64,000 nt of DNA from Carcharhinus amblyrhynchos (Eukaryota), in contig OZ336900.1 of assembly GCA_965287045.1 (NCBI GenBank), forward strand, positions 12,524,001 through 12,588,000. Reading direction: 5' to 3'. The translations under genes and the position numbers were made by a program. Below, piece after piece: positions 51,717-64,000 of the stretch (its first letter is position 1; every line of letters starts with the position of its first letter). The notes beneath the pieces were generated by a model. That model had not been told where the DNA came from. It saw only the letters and a program-made list of their open reading frames with translations, and made no database searches.

Positions 51717-52031
51717 GGGTGGCACGAAGGCACAATGATTAGCATTGCCGCCTCATTCACAAGGGACCTGGGTTCAATTCCGGCCTTGAGTGAAGTATGG
51801 AGTTTGCACGTTGTCCTCAATTTCCTCCCATGATCCAAAGATTTGCAGGTTAGATAGATTGACCATGCTAAATTGCTCATTAGTGCCCACAAATGTGTAG
51901 GTTGGGGGCTTATGAGTTATAGGGATAGGGTGCGGGGTGGGCCTGGGTAAAATGCTTTTTCAGAGAGTCAGTACAGACTCAGTAGGCTCCTTGGCCCCTT
52001 TTTGCTCTGTAGGGATTCTATAATTCTATGA
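51717..52031 (+). mobile_element. HE1-like SINE
   Basis: tRNA head, ggttcaattcc, core, and gggattctataattctatg tail. Confidence 0.85.
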
Positions 52032-52599
52032 ATCGTAGATCGATGATTTAAATGTTACGAATACTGTTGGCAGTGTTCAGTGATCGGCTATTCACTGATG
52101 CACCAAAGTTGCATCATCATGAATGTCACTAGAGGGACAAGTGAATAATAATTTTAAAAAGACAAATAGTTTATTCAAACTGTCAAAACAAAAGTATTAA
52201 TATCGGGGAACTTACCACAAATGCAGGTGATGCGTGGCATCATTGAAGGTAATGTAGCCTGAAAATAGTTTGATATAAACAGAATGGCATGGGTGCCATG
52301 AGCTGAACTATGGTAGCAATCTGTTCCCTGCTGTGGTATTGTTGATATCCAACCATTAATCACCTTATTGGATTTCTGCTGTCCCTTTGAGCACTGATCT
52401 TTTATTCATTGTATAACATGTAATCTATCACAAATTGTTTTAAAAATGATTTTTTGATTACAGTTTGCCAAATAGGACAAAGTAAGAAGGAAATTATAGC
52501 TTTGTAGTGAATAGGGTCGCAATTCTGTTCTTTATTTATATTAATCTGTGGACTTTTGTTATCACAATTGCTTGTCATTCAAAATGCTTGTGATTTTCT

Positions 52600-52990
52600 T
52601 TCTCTCCCCTTCTCTCTCTCCAAAGGCAATGGTTTGTTGGGCTGCATTCAGTGGATCATTCTGCAATTGCAGTAACTGACATAGATGGTTATGTCACTGA
52701 GCTTGGACAATGAATATCAGTGGGCTGTTTGATCAGGGGACTGTTACAACCCTGATCATGTTGCCTCCACACGTACTTTGTGAGTAAAAATCAGGCCAGA
52801 AATGACTGTTGGTATTGTCAATGGAGAAAATGGCCAGTGCGCTCGTATGGCACTCTTTCGCCTGCTCTTTTAGTGGAGGGATTAACCATTTTAACTGAAA
52901 TAGGTCACTCTTTCCTTCCTTGGCTCAGAGACGCAACTATAAATTTGTATTTTACCCACTGCTGCCTGACTTAACCCAGGTAAGGGAATG
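52600..52990 (-). mobile_element. Ancient degraded SINE-like repeat (inverted relative to the 17930 copy)
   Basis: Weak reverse-complement similarity to 17930-18220. Confidence 0.4.
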
Positions 52991-53144
52991 AATGTGGAGT
53001 TTGCTTGTCTCTCTCTGTTAGTCAGAGTTTTGGAGGCTTTCCTCCTAGAGATTGGTCAATCAATTGAATTAAAAGGACTTAAGGGAATGAACTGAAGTGG
53101 TCGGTGAGCTTTTTTGTTCCAAGCAGCAGTGTGTCTAAGCGTTA

Positions 53145-53256
53145 GTGTTCTGTCACTTGAGCGAGAGCGGAAATTTCCCGAGGTCAACAGACATTTCCGT
53201 TGTCCACCCCTCGTCCGCTCCGATTCCATGGCGGGCAGGGCGGTAGGATTACAGCG
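53145..53256. mobile_element. Short GC-rich MITE-like element
   Basis: ttgagcgagagcggaaatttcccgaggtcaac..ccctcgtccgctccgattcc matches the 50548 copy. Confidence 0.6.
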
Positions 53257-53474
53257 CTGATTATTGGGCGCGATAGGGAAGAGTATAATCAGGACAGGTT
53301 ACTTTATTCGTAGGTTACCAGGCAAATTCAATACAAGTGCCGCATAATAGGCAATTTTGCAAAAAGGAAGTTACACTTTAATAAATATGTTGCACATTCA
53401 TGCTATCTAAGTTAAGCTACGTTTAAATTAAAACACTATGATTGGTAAGAAATGGAGTGACTGCTCCCTGAAAT

Positions 53475-53790
53475 AGGACCAGGAATAAGCAAGGTGGCCC
53501 CTCAAGCCTGGTTCTCCCTTAGTACAATCAGGGCTGATTTTCTATCTCAAATCCACTTTCCCATCCTATCATTATGTCTCTATTCTATTGCTGTCCAAAA
53601 CTCCATCAATCTCCATCATGAATATATTCGACAACTGAGTATTCACAGCCCTCTGGGATAGAGAAGACCAAAGATTCACAATCCTTTGAAGATGTTTTTC
53701 CTAATCTCAGTCTTTAATTGCCCACCCCTTATCCTGAGAATTTGACCCCTGGTTTGAGAAGAAACAGCTCCTCGATATCTACCCTGTCAA
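53475..53790 (-). mobile_element. CR1-like 3' fragment
   Basis: ataggaccaggaata..ggcccctcaagcctg..cacagccctctgggatagagaa..atctaccctgtcaa is the reverse complement of a CR1 end. Confidence 0.7.
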
Positions 53791-54374
53791 ATACGCTTTT
53801 AAAAAACAAATCAAAGAGAGCCAAAACATAATTTGCACTTACAGTTCTGTTGCCTGCATACCACTACATATTCCTTTAGCCAGCCTAAGTTGGAAAGCTC
53901 TGAGTCCAAGGCTTTCTGACATTTTGCTGCTCCCTGCTATTACCATTGTTGTATAACTATTCCAGGTTTTAAGTATTTTTCTCAGTAACTCAATGGAACA
54001 AGGGTTGAATAATAAGATAATAGAATCAAAGAACGTATAGGTTGATGGTGAGAGAACCTTGCCTTTGGTTGACCTCTGCTTGCGCTGTAATCAGCCAGGC
54101 TAACAGAGAGTTGGCTCAGAGTGCTTAGAAGCTGGCATCCCAAAATAATAGTGTCTCAAATTAGGCAACATATTGAAAATCCTTTTCGTTAAGGATGAAA
54201 TCCCAGTTATTTTAGCCTACTTAGATTTTTGGAGTCAGACAGAGAGCAGACATGCCCCCTTTTCTTCGTGCTCTGCCACTTTTCTTTTAGCTTACATCCA
54301 ACAATAGCTGTTCAATACCTATGGCTCTCCATAGGTTGAATGATCCCTTAACTCATTCTCGAGATAAGGAGCTT

Positions 54375-54805
54375 ATCATAGGAAGAAAGGTTAAACAGAT
54401 TGGGCCGACAATCATCAGAGGTTAGAAGAATGAGATGTGATCTTACTAAAACAGATTAAATCCTAAGAGAATTTGATAGAATGGGTACCAGGAGGTGGTT
54501 TCCTTGTTTTGGAGAGACTAGAACTAGGGGACATATTGTAGGAATAAGAGGTCTCCTGTTTAAGATAGAGGAGAGTTATTTTCTCTGAGGGTAATTTTTT
54601 TATCTGGAATTCTCTTCTGCAGAAATCAGTGGCGGCTAGGTCATTGAATTTATTTAAGAGAGAGTTAGCATTTTTGATGGAGAAGGGAGTTGAGGATTTT
54701 GGAGGTGCTGACAGGACATGTGAGATCAGCCATAATCTCATTGAATGGCAGAGCAGGTTCAAAGGACTGAATGGCTTCTAAGTCCTCTCTTCCTATGTCC
54801 TTACA
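54375..54805 (+). mobile_element. CR1-like 3' fragment
   Basis: ttagaagaatgagatgtgatct..ctggaattctct..gatcagccataatctcattgaatggcagagcagg. Confidence 0.8.
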
Positions 54806-55689
54806 TAATGAAAGAAATGATTATCTTCCCAAATTCAATGCTAGCTGAAGTGTGGTCAGGAAGACAATTTTTGATGCATCAAATCCATGCAACCAGCTCC
54901 AAGTCCCCAGTGATGTGGAACATGGATGATAGGCTGCAAGAGCTGGAGAAAGAGAAGTTTTGTCTATGCTATTGCTCACTCCCTGTAATGAATTTCACAC
55001 CAGCCTGGAGTCGAAACTTGTATTTAACCCGCTTTTGCAAAACTCCCAATGCTTAAATACCTGAAGGTATTCCGGTTTGAGCTCAGCCATTCTCATATAT
55101 GTTTCATTTTCACAACACTGTCCAGATTGGAGCAACTCCTGTCTCAAGCGCAGAAGACCTGGACTGTTATCTTTCTGACAATTGAAGTTTACAAGTGCTA
55201 ATTAATTTCAGAATGAAGATCTTTCATTATTTTCATTAGGACAACAAGCTGATAAACCTGATCCTGCCCGGGCCATTTTATGTGAATGCTGCTATTTGCT
55301 TTTATGTGATCGGATTAACCCTGTGGTAGCTGTGTTGGTAATTCTGTCTCATTTTAGAAATTTTCAGTCTGTCTGAAAAGGCACTGTCAATTAACAGGAA
55401 TACAGCTCCATGTGTCTCTCCAATTTAACTATGTTCATCTTTGGAAATGAATAGCAAATTGGCTTTGCAGATAATACCATATGACAGGAGGAAGTGGATT
55501 CTGAAGTCCGTGAAGGACGCCTAGCAGTGTAAAGAGTTAAATCATAAGGAATTGCTAGCAGGTTTATCTGTCTGAAATACTGCAAGCTGCACCCATCCTG
55601 TTGCTGTCCTGTTTTACAATCGGTATAACTGACTTTGCAGCCGTAAAGCCATTTTTCTCTCTCAACACCTACTCGAGTTTCAGTTGCTT

Positions 55690-56670
55690 AGAATTATAGA
55701 AATTTGAAGCATGAAAGGAGGCCATTTGGCCCATCTTGCCTGTGCCAGTTCTTTAAAAGAGTCATCCAGTTAGTCCCACTCTTCTGCTCTTTCCCCTTAC
55801 CCCCTGCTATCTTTCATCTTTAAGTATTTGGCATGGTGGCACAGTGGTTAGCACTACTGCCTCACAATGACAGGGACCCGGGTTAGAATCATAGAAACCC
55901 TACAATGAAGAAAGAGGCCTTTTGGCCCATCAAGTCTGCACCTACAACAATCCCGTCTAGGCCCTACCCCCATATCCCCACATATTTACTCGCTAATCCC
56001 TCTAACCTACGTATCTCAGGACACTAAGGGGCAATTTTAGCATTTCCAATCAATCTAATCCGTACATCTTTGGACTGTGGGGGGGAAACCGGAGCACCTG
56101 GAGGAAACCCACGCAGACACGAGGAGAATATACAAACTCCACACAGACAGCGACCCAAGCCGGGAATTGAACCCAGGTCCCTGGAGCTGTGAAGCAGCAG
56201 TACTAACCACTATGCTACAGTGCCACCCATGTTTGATTCTTGGCTTGGGTCACTGTCTATGTGGAGTCTGCACGTTCTCCCCATGTCTGTGTGAGTTTCC
56301 TCTGGGTGCTCCGGTTTCCTTCCACAGTCCAAAGATGTGCAGGTTAGGTGGATTGGCAATGCTAAATTGCCCCTTAGTGTCAGGGGGATTAGTTAGGGTA
56401 AATACATGGGCTTATAGAATATGACCTGGATGGGCTTGTTGTAGGTGCAAACTCGATGGGCCGAACGGCCTCCTTCTGCACCGTAGGGATTCTGTGATTC
56501 TATTCACCTTTGGGAGTTGGTATTCAATCATTGATATTCTGCCATTGTTCATCATATGTTCCAAATCATCATGATTTAGGGGAAGCTTTATCCTTATCTC
56601 GCCCTGGTTGGCTCACCAATTATCTTGAATGTGCGACCTCTGCTTACCAGCCCTCCTGTTAGTGGAAACA
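55690..56670. mobile_element. Nested cluster: minus-strand CR1 remnant, containing a + strand HE1-like SINE (55830-56502), containing a minus-strand HE1-like SINE (55885-56228)
   Basis: The host SINE breaks at its B-box (cccgggtt|...|gtttgattct). The insert starts agaatcatagaa (reverse-complement tail) and ends tgccaccc (reverse-complement head). Confidence 0.88.
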
Positions 56671-56937
56671 ACACTTGATCAAAGGTCTTAGCAGTCACGT
56701 GGATAGAATGGGGCAAATCAGAAGGGAAACATAAGGCAGCTACCCTTGCTTACGCGTATCTATTTTTAAAAATATGTACAGGGTACAATAAAAGTGAAAT
56801 AACCAGCCCCTTGCATTTTCAAGGAGTAAAGCTCAGTTCTGGCACAGACGTGCTGGCATTTAATTCTTCTGTGATTAATTTTTACACACCTGAATGAACT
56901 TGTCTGTTTGTCATTAATAGAGATCTCTGTTTCCTAG

Positions 56938-57219
<282 letters not shown>

Positions 57220-57454
57220 TAATACTAATGGTTTGAGCGCTCTGATTCAGCCTCAAATCCAGGGTCAGAAGTTACTTCCAGTACTTGTGATCATGTAAAC
57301 ACTTGAATGTATGTCTTCACTTGAATGCATTGTGCCCATTTTCACGTGGCTGTCTTGGTTTCTGCTTAATTCAGCAATGGATTTCACTATTTTGTTGAAA
57401 ATTTATTGAATGAAAGCATGTGTAGTTACACAGTAAAAGAACATGAGGAAGAGA

Positions 57455-58510
57455 GATTGTCCCAAGAGGAAGGGCTGAGCAGGTTGGGCCTACACTCATT
57501 GGAGTTCAGAACAAAGAGACACAATCTTATTTTAACATCTAAGATTCTGAGTGGTCAGTGGATATCCCCTCTCACAGGGGAATGTAGAACAAGGGAACTC
57601 AGTTTAATGACATGTTTTATGGCGTGACCCTGAGCTGATTGCGCCATAATAAGGTGGGTGGGTGCTTAAATTGGTAGCCCTTCTACCATATGTAAATAAA
57701 TAATAAAAGCCCAATTAAGCTTGTTAGCAAGCCTATTGACCTGGATAATATGCTATCCAAGTAACAATGAGGCTGGCATAGACAGGTGGACTGAAATGGG
57801 CAAACCCTTTTCTTTATGGCCTATGTGAATAAGATTGGGAAGATAAGGGGGGAACTTCATTCAAGGGATCCTCTCTGCACATTGAGGACATTAAGATGCA
57901 CATTAAGATGGCTTCTGCACCACACAGCCTCCAAAACCCAGCCCTCCCTGCATTCCAGAATACCTCCCTGCCCTGAAACCTCGGAAGTCACCATTCTGGG
58001 AAAGCCATGATCGTTTTTGTCCTCCTTCCTGCAGTTCCAGCAGTGCTTATCACTGACCTTTGGCACTGCTTGAGCTATCAGTCAATCAGATTAACCATCA
58101 GCTACTGAGGGCCAGACTTTTACTGAAGGGCGAAAATCCCACTCAACCAATGTCGGCCACCCACAGTGTGCTATGGTTGCGGGGTTAGCTTGTTTTGGTC
58201 ATGGTGGCCTCTGGCCAACATTCCTTCTCGGGGACAAGCAGTCCATCCCAAGTAAAATGCAGCTCATTTAAAATGGAGATGAAAAGGAATTTCTCTTGGA
58301 AGATTGTTAGTCTTCTCGTCCATAGAAAGCAGTAGAAGGTTGGCCATTGAATATATTCAAGGCTGAATATTTCTGATTGATGAGGGAGTCCAGGTTTATG
58401 GAGGACAGGCAAGAAAGTGGTGCTGAAACCACAATTAGATCAGGCCTAGTCTTATTCAATGGTAGAGCATGTTTAATGAATGGCCCACCCCTGCTTCTAT
58501 TTCTTATCTT
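57455..58510 (+). mobile_element. CR1-like 3' fragment interrupted by a ~650-bp GC-richer insertion (~57608-58265)
   Basis: LSQEEGLSRLGLHSLEFR-type coding runs up to ~57607. CR1 sequence resumes at catttaaaatggagatgaaaaggaatttc and ends cctgcttctatttcttat. Confidence 0.7.
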
Positions 58511-58957
58511 TTGAACACTATTACAAGGACCCCACTGTCTTTGAGTTCTTAGGCTTTTGTGACAGGTTTTGTTGGCTTTCTGCCATGCCTCAAACAAGTT
58601 CCATTTTTTTAGCTCTCCGTATCATACGCTTTTACCTAGCCAGTTTAGTAAAACATCTCCTAGTTCACAGTTGCCTCCACCTCCAATAGCTGACAATAAC
58701 ACATGATGTTAGATAAGTTCCAGGATTTTCACCCAGCAGTGATTAAGGAGCAACAATATCACAATGTTTCTGTTCTTATGTTTCTATTGGTAGATAGCAC
58801 AGGACTGATTGCTGCTGCCAAACTAAAATTGATAAGTTATTGCAGTATATCATGTATAGATATTCTGAAGCCACCCTGTAGCAGGGGCGATTGTTGCCAA
58901 AGAAGTCGTAGCCAATAGAGCACCTCTGCTATTTATGTCCTGGTCCAGCTGTTGCAT

Positions 58958-59317
58958 GGGGCGGCACAGTAGCACTTTGTTTACCACAATTGTCTCACAG
59001 CGCGAGGCACCAGAGTTCAATTCCAGGCTTGGGTCATTATTGTGTGGAATTTGCACATTCTCCCTGTGTCTGCGTGGGTTTCCTCTGGGTGCTCCAGTTT
59101 CCCTCCATTGTCCAAGATGTGCAGGTTACGTGGATTGGCCAGGCTAAATTGCCCTTCAGCGTCCAAAGATGTGTGGATTAGGGGAATTAGTGGGGTAACT
59201 GTTTGGGGTTACAGGGGTAGGGTGTGAGATGGACCTGGGCAAGATGCCCTGTCAGAGAGTCAGTGCAGACTCGATGAACCAAATGGCCTCTGTCTGCACT
59301 GTCGGGATTCTAGGATT
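58958..59317 (+). mobile_element. HE1-like SINE
   Basis: gggcggcacagtagcac head, gagttcaattcc, core, and gcactgtcgggattctaggatt tail. Confidence 0.88.
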
Positions 59318-60404
59318 GGACTGCTCAGGATGACCGAAAACTATACCAATTAGTCTTGTTGTTTCAGAAGGCCCAGATCACTGGTCCTATAGAGGGTGAG
59401 GGCCCCTAATTGCACAACTTTTCTAGTGGCTGCAGAATAATGCATCCCATCCTTCCATGCAAAAAGGAGTCCTAATAACCTCTCCAAAGCAAGTATACAT
59501 GGGATGATGTTCAGACATCAGTTGAAACTTGAGAAATATCAAGCAATTGAAGGCCAAATTGTTGATGCTCATTCAGCACAATGTTTCCAATGCCAAAACA
59601 CTCAATGAGAAGGAAAACACCAGCAGAAGGGCGCTGAGCATTCGTGATTATGCATACTAAGTGGGACCAGTATATGATTTATTCGTAGACTAACATGGAC
59701 CCAAGACAGAAGTTAAAAGGCATCATGTAGGCAGATCCCCTTTATTCTTTATCCCAGTGGGTCCCCAGGACCAAGAACAAGGTGTTCATTGGTGCTCCTG
59801 TATCCATCAGGTAATCAAATATACAATAGTCACAAAATATGCATATGGGTGCTAATTCAATACAATTTAAAACATGATGACAGGAATATTTTCCTTGATT
59901 TGGGGAATTTACTTTCAAAACAGTTGTAATTCCCAATAGAAGTACAATTCCGATAATATAGCCCCTCCCATAGTGCTGGTACACGAGCAAGAGCAGGTGT
60001 CTGCAAATAACTGCCATTGTTTAGGCTCCTTTACTTTCTTCACCCATAGTTTCATGGACATCCGGATGCCGCAAGTGGCTATTTGACATTTTGTTGCAAT
60101 GATGAGCAGCCTGGCATTTAGTTCACGCATTCTGAATGCCAGTGTTTGCCAGTTAGAAAAGATTGCTTACAGTTATTGACTTGGCATCAATGACTCAGAT
60201 GTGGAAAGCTGGCAATGAGCCTGTCTCTTATTTGCTTTTAATGGCTTCACTGAGTATAAACAATGAACCGGAGAGTTGCCATCAGCACCATCTACCCTTT
60301 CAGATAAGTGCACATCTCCAATTCCCCAGCACATAGTTACATTGGTTTAATGTTGGAGAATAAAAGACTACTTGTTAAGTATTGTCCCATAGCTGCAGTC
60401 TTGA

Positions 60405-60710
<306 letters not shown>

Positions 60711-63261
60711 TAATTCAAACAGTCTCAGATTGGTATGTTTGACAATAAGGGCAACTGACTGCTATGATGTTTTAAACAGGACGGAGATAAACAGCAATGG
60801 AAAGGAATAGCTTTTGGATTGATGGGGAATTTTGAAATGGGTTGAGCTTAATATAGGCAGGGCATAATTAAACTTAAGCATTTGAAAGGGTTCATATTTA
60901 TGGTTTGTGGGTGGCCGTTTTTGTGATTGATTGAGAGAGAAGAGCAGAAAAGTGACAAAGAAATGCCTTTTTAAAATATATACAATAGTTTCTCTTGTAA
61001 TATTTGTTTTTTTTTGTTTTCCTCAAACATTTCATTGATGTTCAGAGGGTGGAGGCATGTGCAGATATTTTCAGTCCTGCAGTTCCCCGAAGAGTTTTGG
61101 GGAAGGTTCCATATCTTCTCTGTTTAGGTCAGAAAGACACCATTATTGATTAAATATTGAAATACACCGTACATCTTTTCCAAGCTATGACTGGTCACCC
61201 TTTGGCGCTCTGGCTGTGTTTAAGGCCTCAATATCTTGCACGTCAACCTCGCTGGGTTATTTGGTGATCGAATGAGGCGGAGAACAGTTTGACCTCGTAA
61301 AACGTTTTGCTGGAAAAGATTTAGATCCTATTCATTGTCGGATTGTACAGTTGTTTGTGCAGTAATGTACCTCTTGTGGAAATATTTTACACGCTACTAT
61401 CTGGGGACACAAACATATTAGAAACTGCTGATATGTTTTCCTTTCATGTGGGGTTTGAAACTGACTACCTTTGTGAAAATGAGAAATGACGTGGGACCTT
61501 TAAAATCAGCAAATATATGCTCGGTAACATCTACATATAGGTGCAGAATGCAATTATTTTCTGCTTCTTAGACCCTGTTATAAATATTTTAATCCTTATG
61601 TTTGCCTTAAGACATTGAATTGTTTGAAGTGCATTCTGACAGGTTCTCTGCCCCATTCTGTCGCACTTTTTTGAATCTGGAAAGAATATTATGATTTAAT
61701 TAAAATGTACGAGTGGGTCAATGTTTGTTCGAACCGAATGTAATGATTTATATAGATGACTATGCATTACAGCGGTTGCTTGGCAACAGGTAGAAAATCA
61801 ACCATTGCTTAAGGCTGTTTATAAAATTACTGAAATCGATTTGCAACAATTGCTAAATAACACTCACCAACTTCAAGTAGTGGTATTAGGGAGCTAACAG
61901 AGCAATAGATAATAACACCGTTTAAATGATTGTACTTCTGAAATATTTATAAAAGCACTTTATACCTCCTTTGAGACTTTTAAAATGTTCTGAGTCTTTA
62001 GTGCTGGACTGGTTGCTCCATGCCTGTTCTTAATTTTCCCCAGAATAGATTGAAAAGCTCTCATGCTAGTAAGACATTTGATGTGAATATAGTATATTTT
62101 AAAAGTCTCTGGAATAGATTTAGAGGTCTATCATTATTACAGTAATTGTGTTTGGTGCCTTATTAGAATGACTTTTGGCCCTTTGATGTTTTCTTAAGTG
62201 GCTCAGCAATCTTAATTAAATGAGGGCTGCAATGACTAGGCGAATGGCACTTAAACCCCTTACTTGCAAATAAAAATTAGATATTCTTATGGTAATATTT
62301 TACACACCTTTGGCATGGTATGGCTAACCACCCTGCTGGTTTATATTTACTAATTGCAAACTTGAAGCAGTAACCCAATGCTAGTAAACCACATAACCCT
62401 TAAAATTCTAATGAGACTACAAGGACTGCATCAGATGCTATTGTTTAAGTGGGTAATGGTTCCAGTAATGTTCTAATTGCAGGTTGAAGTACATTAGCCT
62501 GGTATCTACATTTAGGAATTTTTTCACAGCACGGCCTTAAGGGAATAGTTCAGAAAGGCATTACCTCCAAATTCCTGTCATTTACATTTATTACTCACTG
62601 TACTCTCCCGAGCTAACCATTCTTTTACTGTTCAATTGCATGAGTTGCGAAAAACAAAATGCTTTGAAACCTGCAGTGAGTTCTAGTAAAATGTGCTTTT
62701 TGTCTTCATTTGCCAGAGTATTTAATTGTTATTTTATGCAGCGGTCCAATTAAAAATCTGCCAGTGCTGCAAGTAACTTGATAGTGGATGTTAGTGTGGT
62801 GGTGGTGTCTCCCCTGTTTATGTCACACAAAATGTGTACCCCTCCTAGCCTAGTCTCACTGAGTAAGCATCCCTTCAGAGGTTGTCACTGTCGCTGCATG
62901 AATGTCCTTGGGAATAAATGACTCAGTTGTGCAGTTGGCGGTTTTACTTTTATAAAGCAAGTTGTTTCCCTGTTGTTTTGTAAGTGAACGCACTGCCTGG
63001 TACTGATCCTTGCAAGCCCTAGCAGTTCCAGATTTGATCAGCATTCTGGGCTGAATTCACTGATCCCAGCTGGGCAGCAATATAGACTTTACAAATTAGA
63101 ATATGCAAAAATATCAAATACGAGGAAAAACCATTCAACCCATCAAAACTGCTGTTTTAACTCTCTCAGCCCAACATATATGTTTGGCTTTATTATCTTG
63201 CCTGCTATGTTATTTCAAATGCTTATTAAGGAAGAAAGAACAGAAGAGTTAGCATTTACGT

Positions 63262-63600
63262 CAGTGGTTCCCACCAATGTACCACGGCAGCCACACGACA
63301 CACTGGTGTATCCTGAACATCCCCAAGTGTGCCACAAAAAAGATTCAAAATGATTAAAAATTCATTTAATTAAACTAAAATTAACCTTCGTCTTCAGCTC
63401 TGTGGTCAGCTTTTCCAAGACCTGATAGATCTCAGTGTACGTGCCGGCTGGGAAAGAGCCGCACATGCGTGGTTCAGACTTTTTACATTAGTCAGGCCCA
63501 TGCTCATGACCAACGGGACCTGGAGCTGAAGGCAAAGTCCTTTCTGCCCACACACACACATGCAAAAATTCAAACAGGGCGCAAAAAACCCTGGGAGAAG
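63262..63600 (+). mobile_element. Possible hAT-like DNA transposon end
   Basis: Starts CAGTGGTTCCCA, typical of hAT/Charlie termini, followed by ..gtgtgccac. The matching other end was not found. Confidence 0.35.
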
Positions 63601-63834
63601 TGAGAGAAGCAGAGAAATGTTAAAAAAAAGACATATGCAGTTCTGAAAATCACAATATTGAAACCATGCCAATAACTTGTATCTGTAGTTATGCTTAGTT
63701 AATGCCTGGATATAAGATTAGCATTATGCTGAGATTCTGTCCTGCACTTCAGCTTTTCTCCTCTTTTTTAATTATGTTACTGCTTTTTTCTCATGCTACA
63801 TTTTTCTGCCTGAGATAATAGAACTCAAGATATT

Positions 63835-63935
63835 AATACAAGAAACTGGGGGGAATAAATGTTGGGAAAACTCAGATAATTAGGCAGCATCTGTGGAGAG
63901 AAAAAGTCAACATACATGTTGATGACTCTTTTGAA
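63835..63935 (-). mobile_element. Degraded Penelope-like repeat arm
   Basis: aaatgttgggaaaactcag..ggcagcatctgtggagagaaaa resembles 33550-33615. Confidence 0.5.
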
Positions 63936-64000
63936 GTACGAAATCCTGTACGAACATATGTATAATATGTGAACTGTGTTTTTAAGAAAATCAAGGTTCC

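Overview
This is eukaryotic DNA from a cartilaginous fish (shark-type: HE1-like tRNA SINEs and CR1/HER1-like LINE remnants), not a prokaryote. The whole window is an internal + strand segment of KCNMA1 (Slo1/BK channel alpha subunit), covering the end of RCK1, the RCK1-RCK2 linker and the start of RCK2. I can read 7 constitutive exons with GT-AG ends and consistent phases. There are also 4 frame-preserving cassette exons, 3 of them too short for the ORF track: a 12-nt 'GAKR' microexon at the position of mammalian SRKR, the 9-nt IYF microexon, the 174-nt STREX exon and a 33-nt PKYGYNGYISS exon. Introns hold SINEs, CR1/L2 fragments, TIR/MITE-like elements and Penelope-derived palindromes, one with a hammerhead-ribozyme-like core. 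Almost all ORFs in the supplied track are spurious. I found no clearly new system. The best leads are the alternative-splicing module (including two candidate stop/frameshift 'poison' exons), shark-specific STREX and RCK2 substitutions, and the intronic 87-bp hairpin with a hammerhead motif. Comparisons with mammalian sequences and repeat-family names are from memory and need checking by alignment. Repeat boundaries are approximate.
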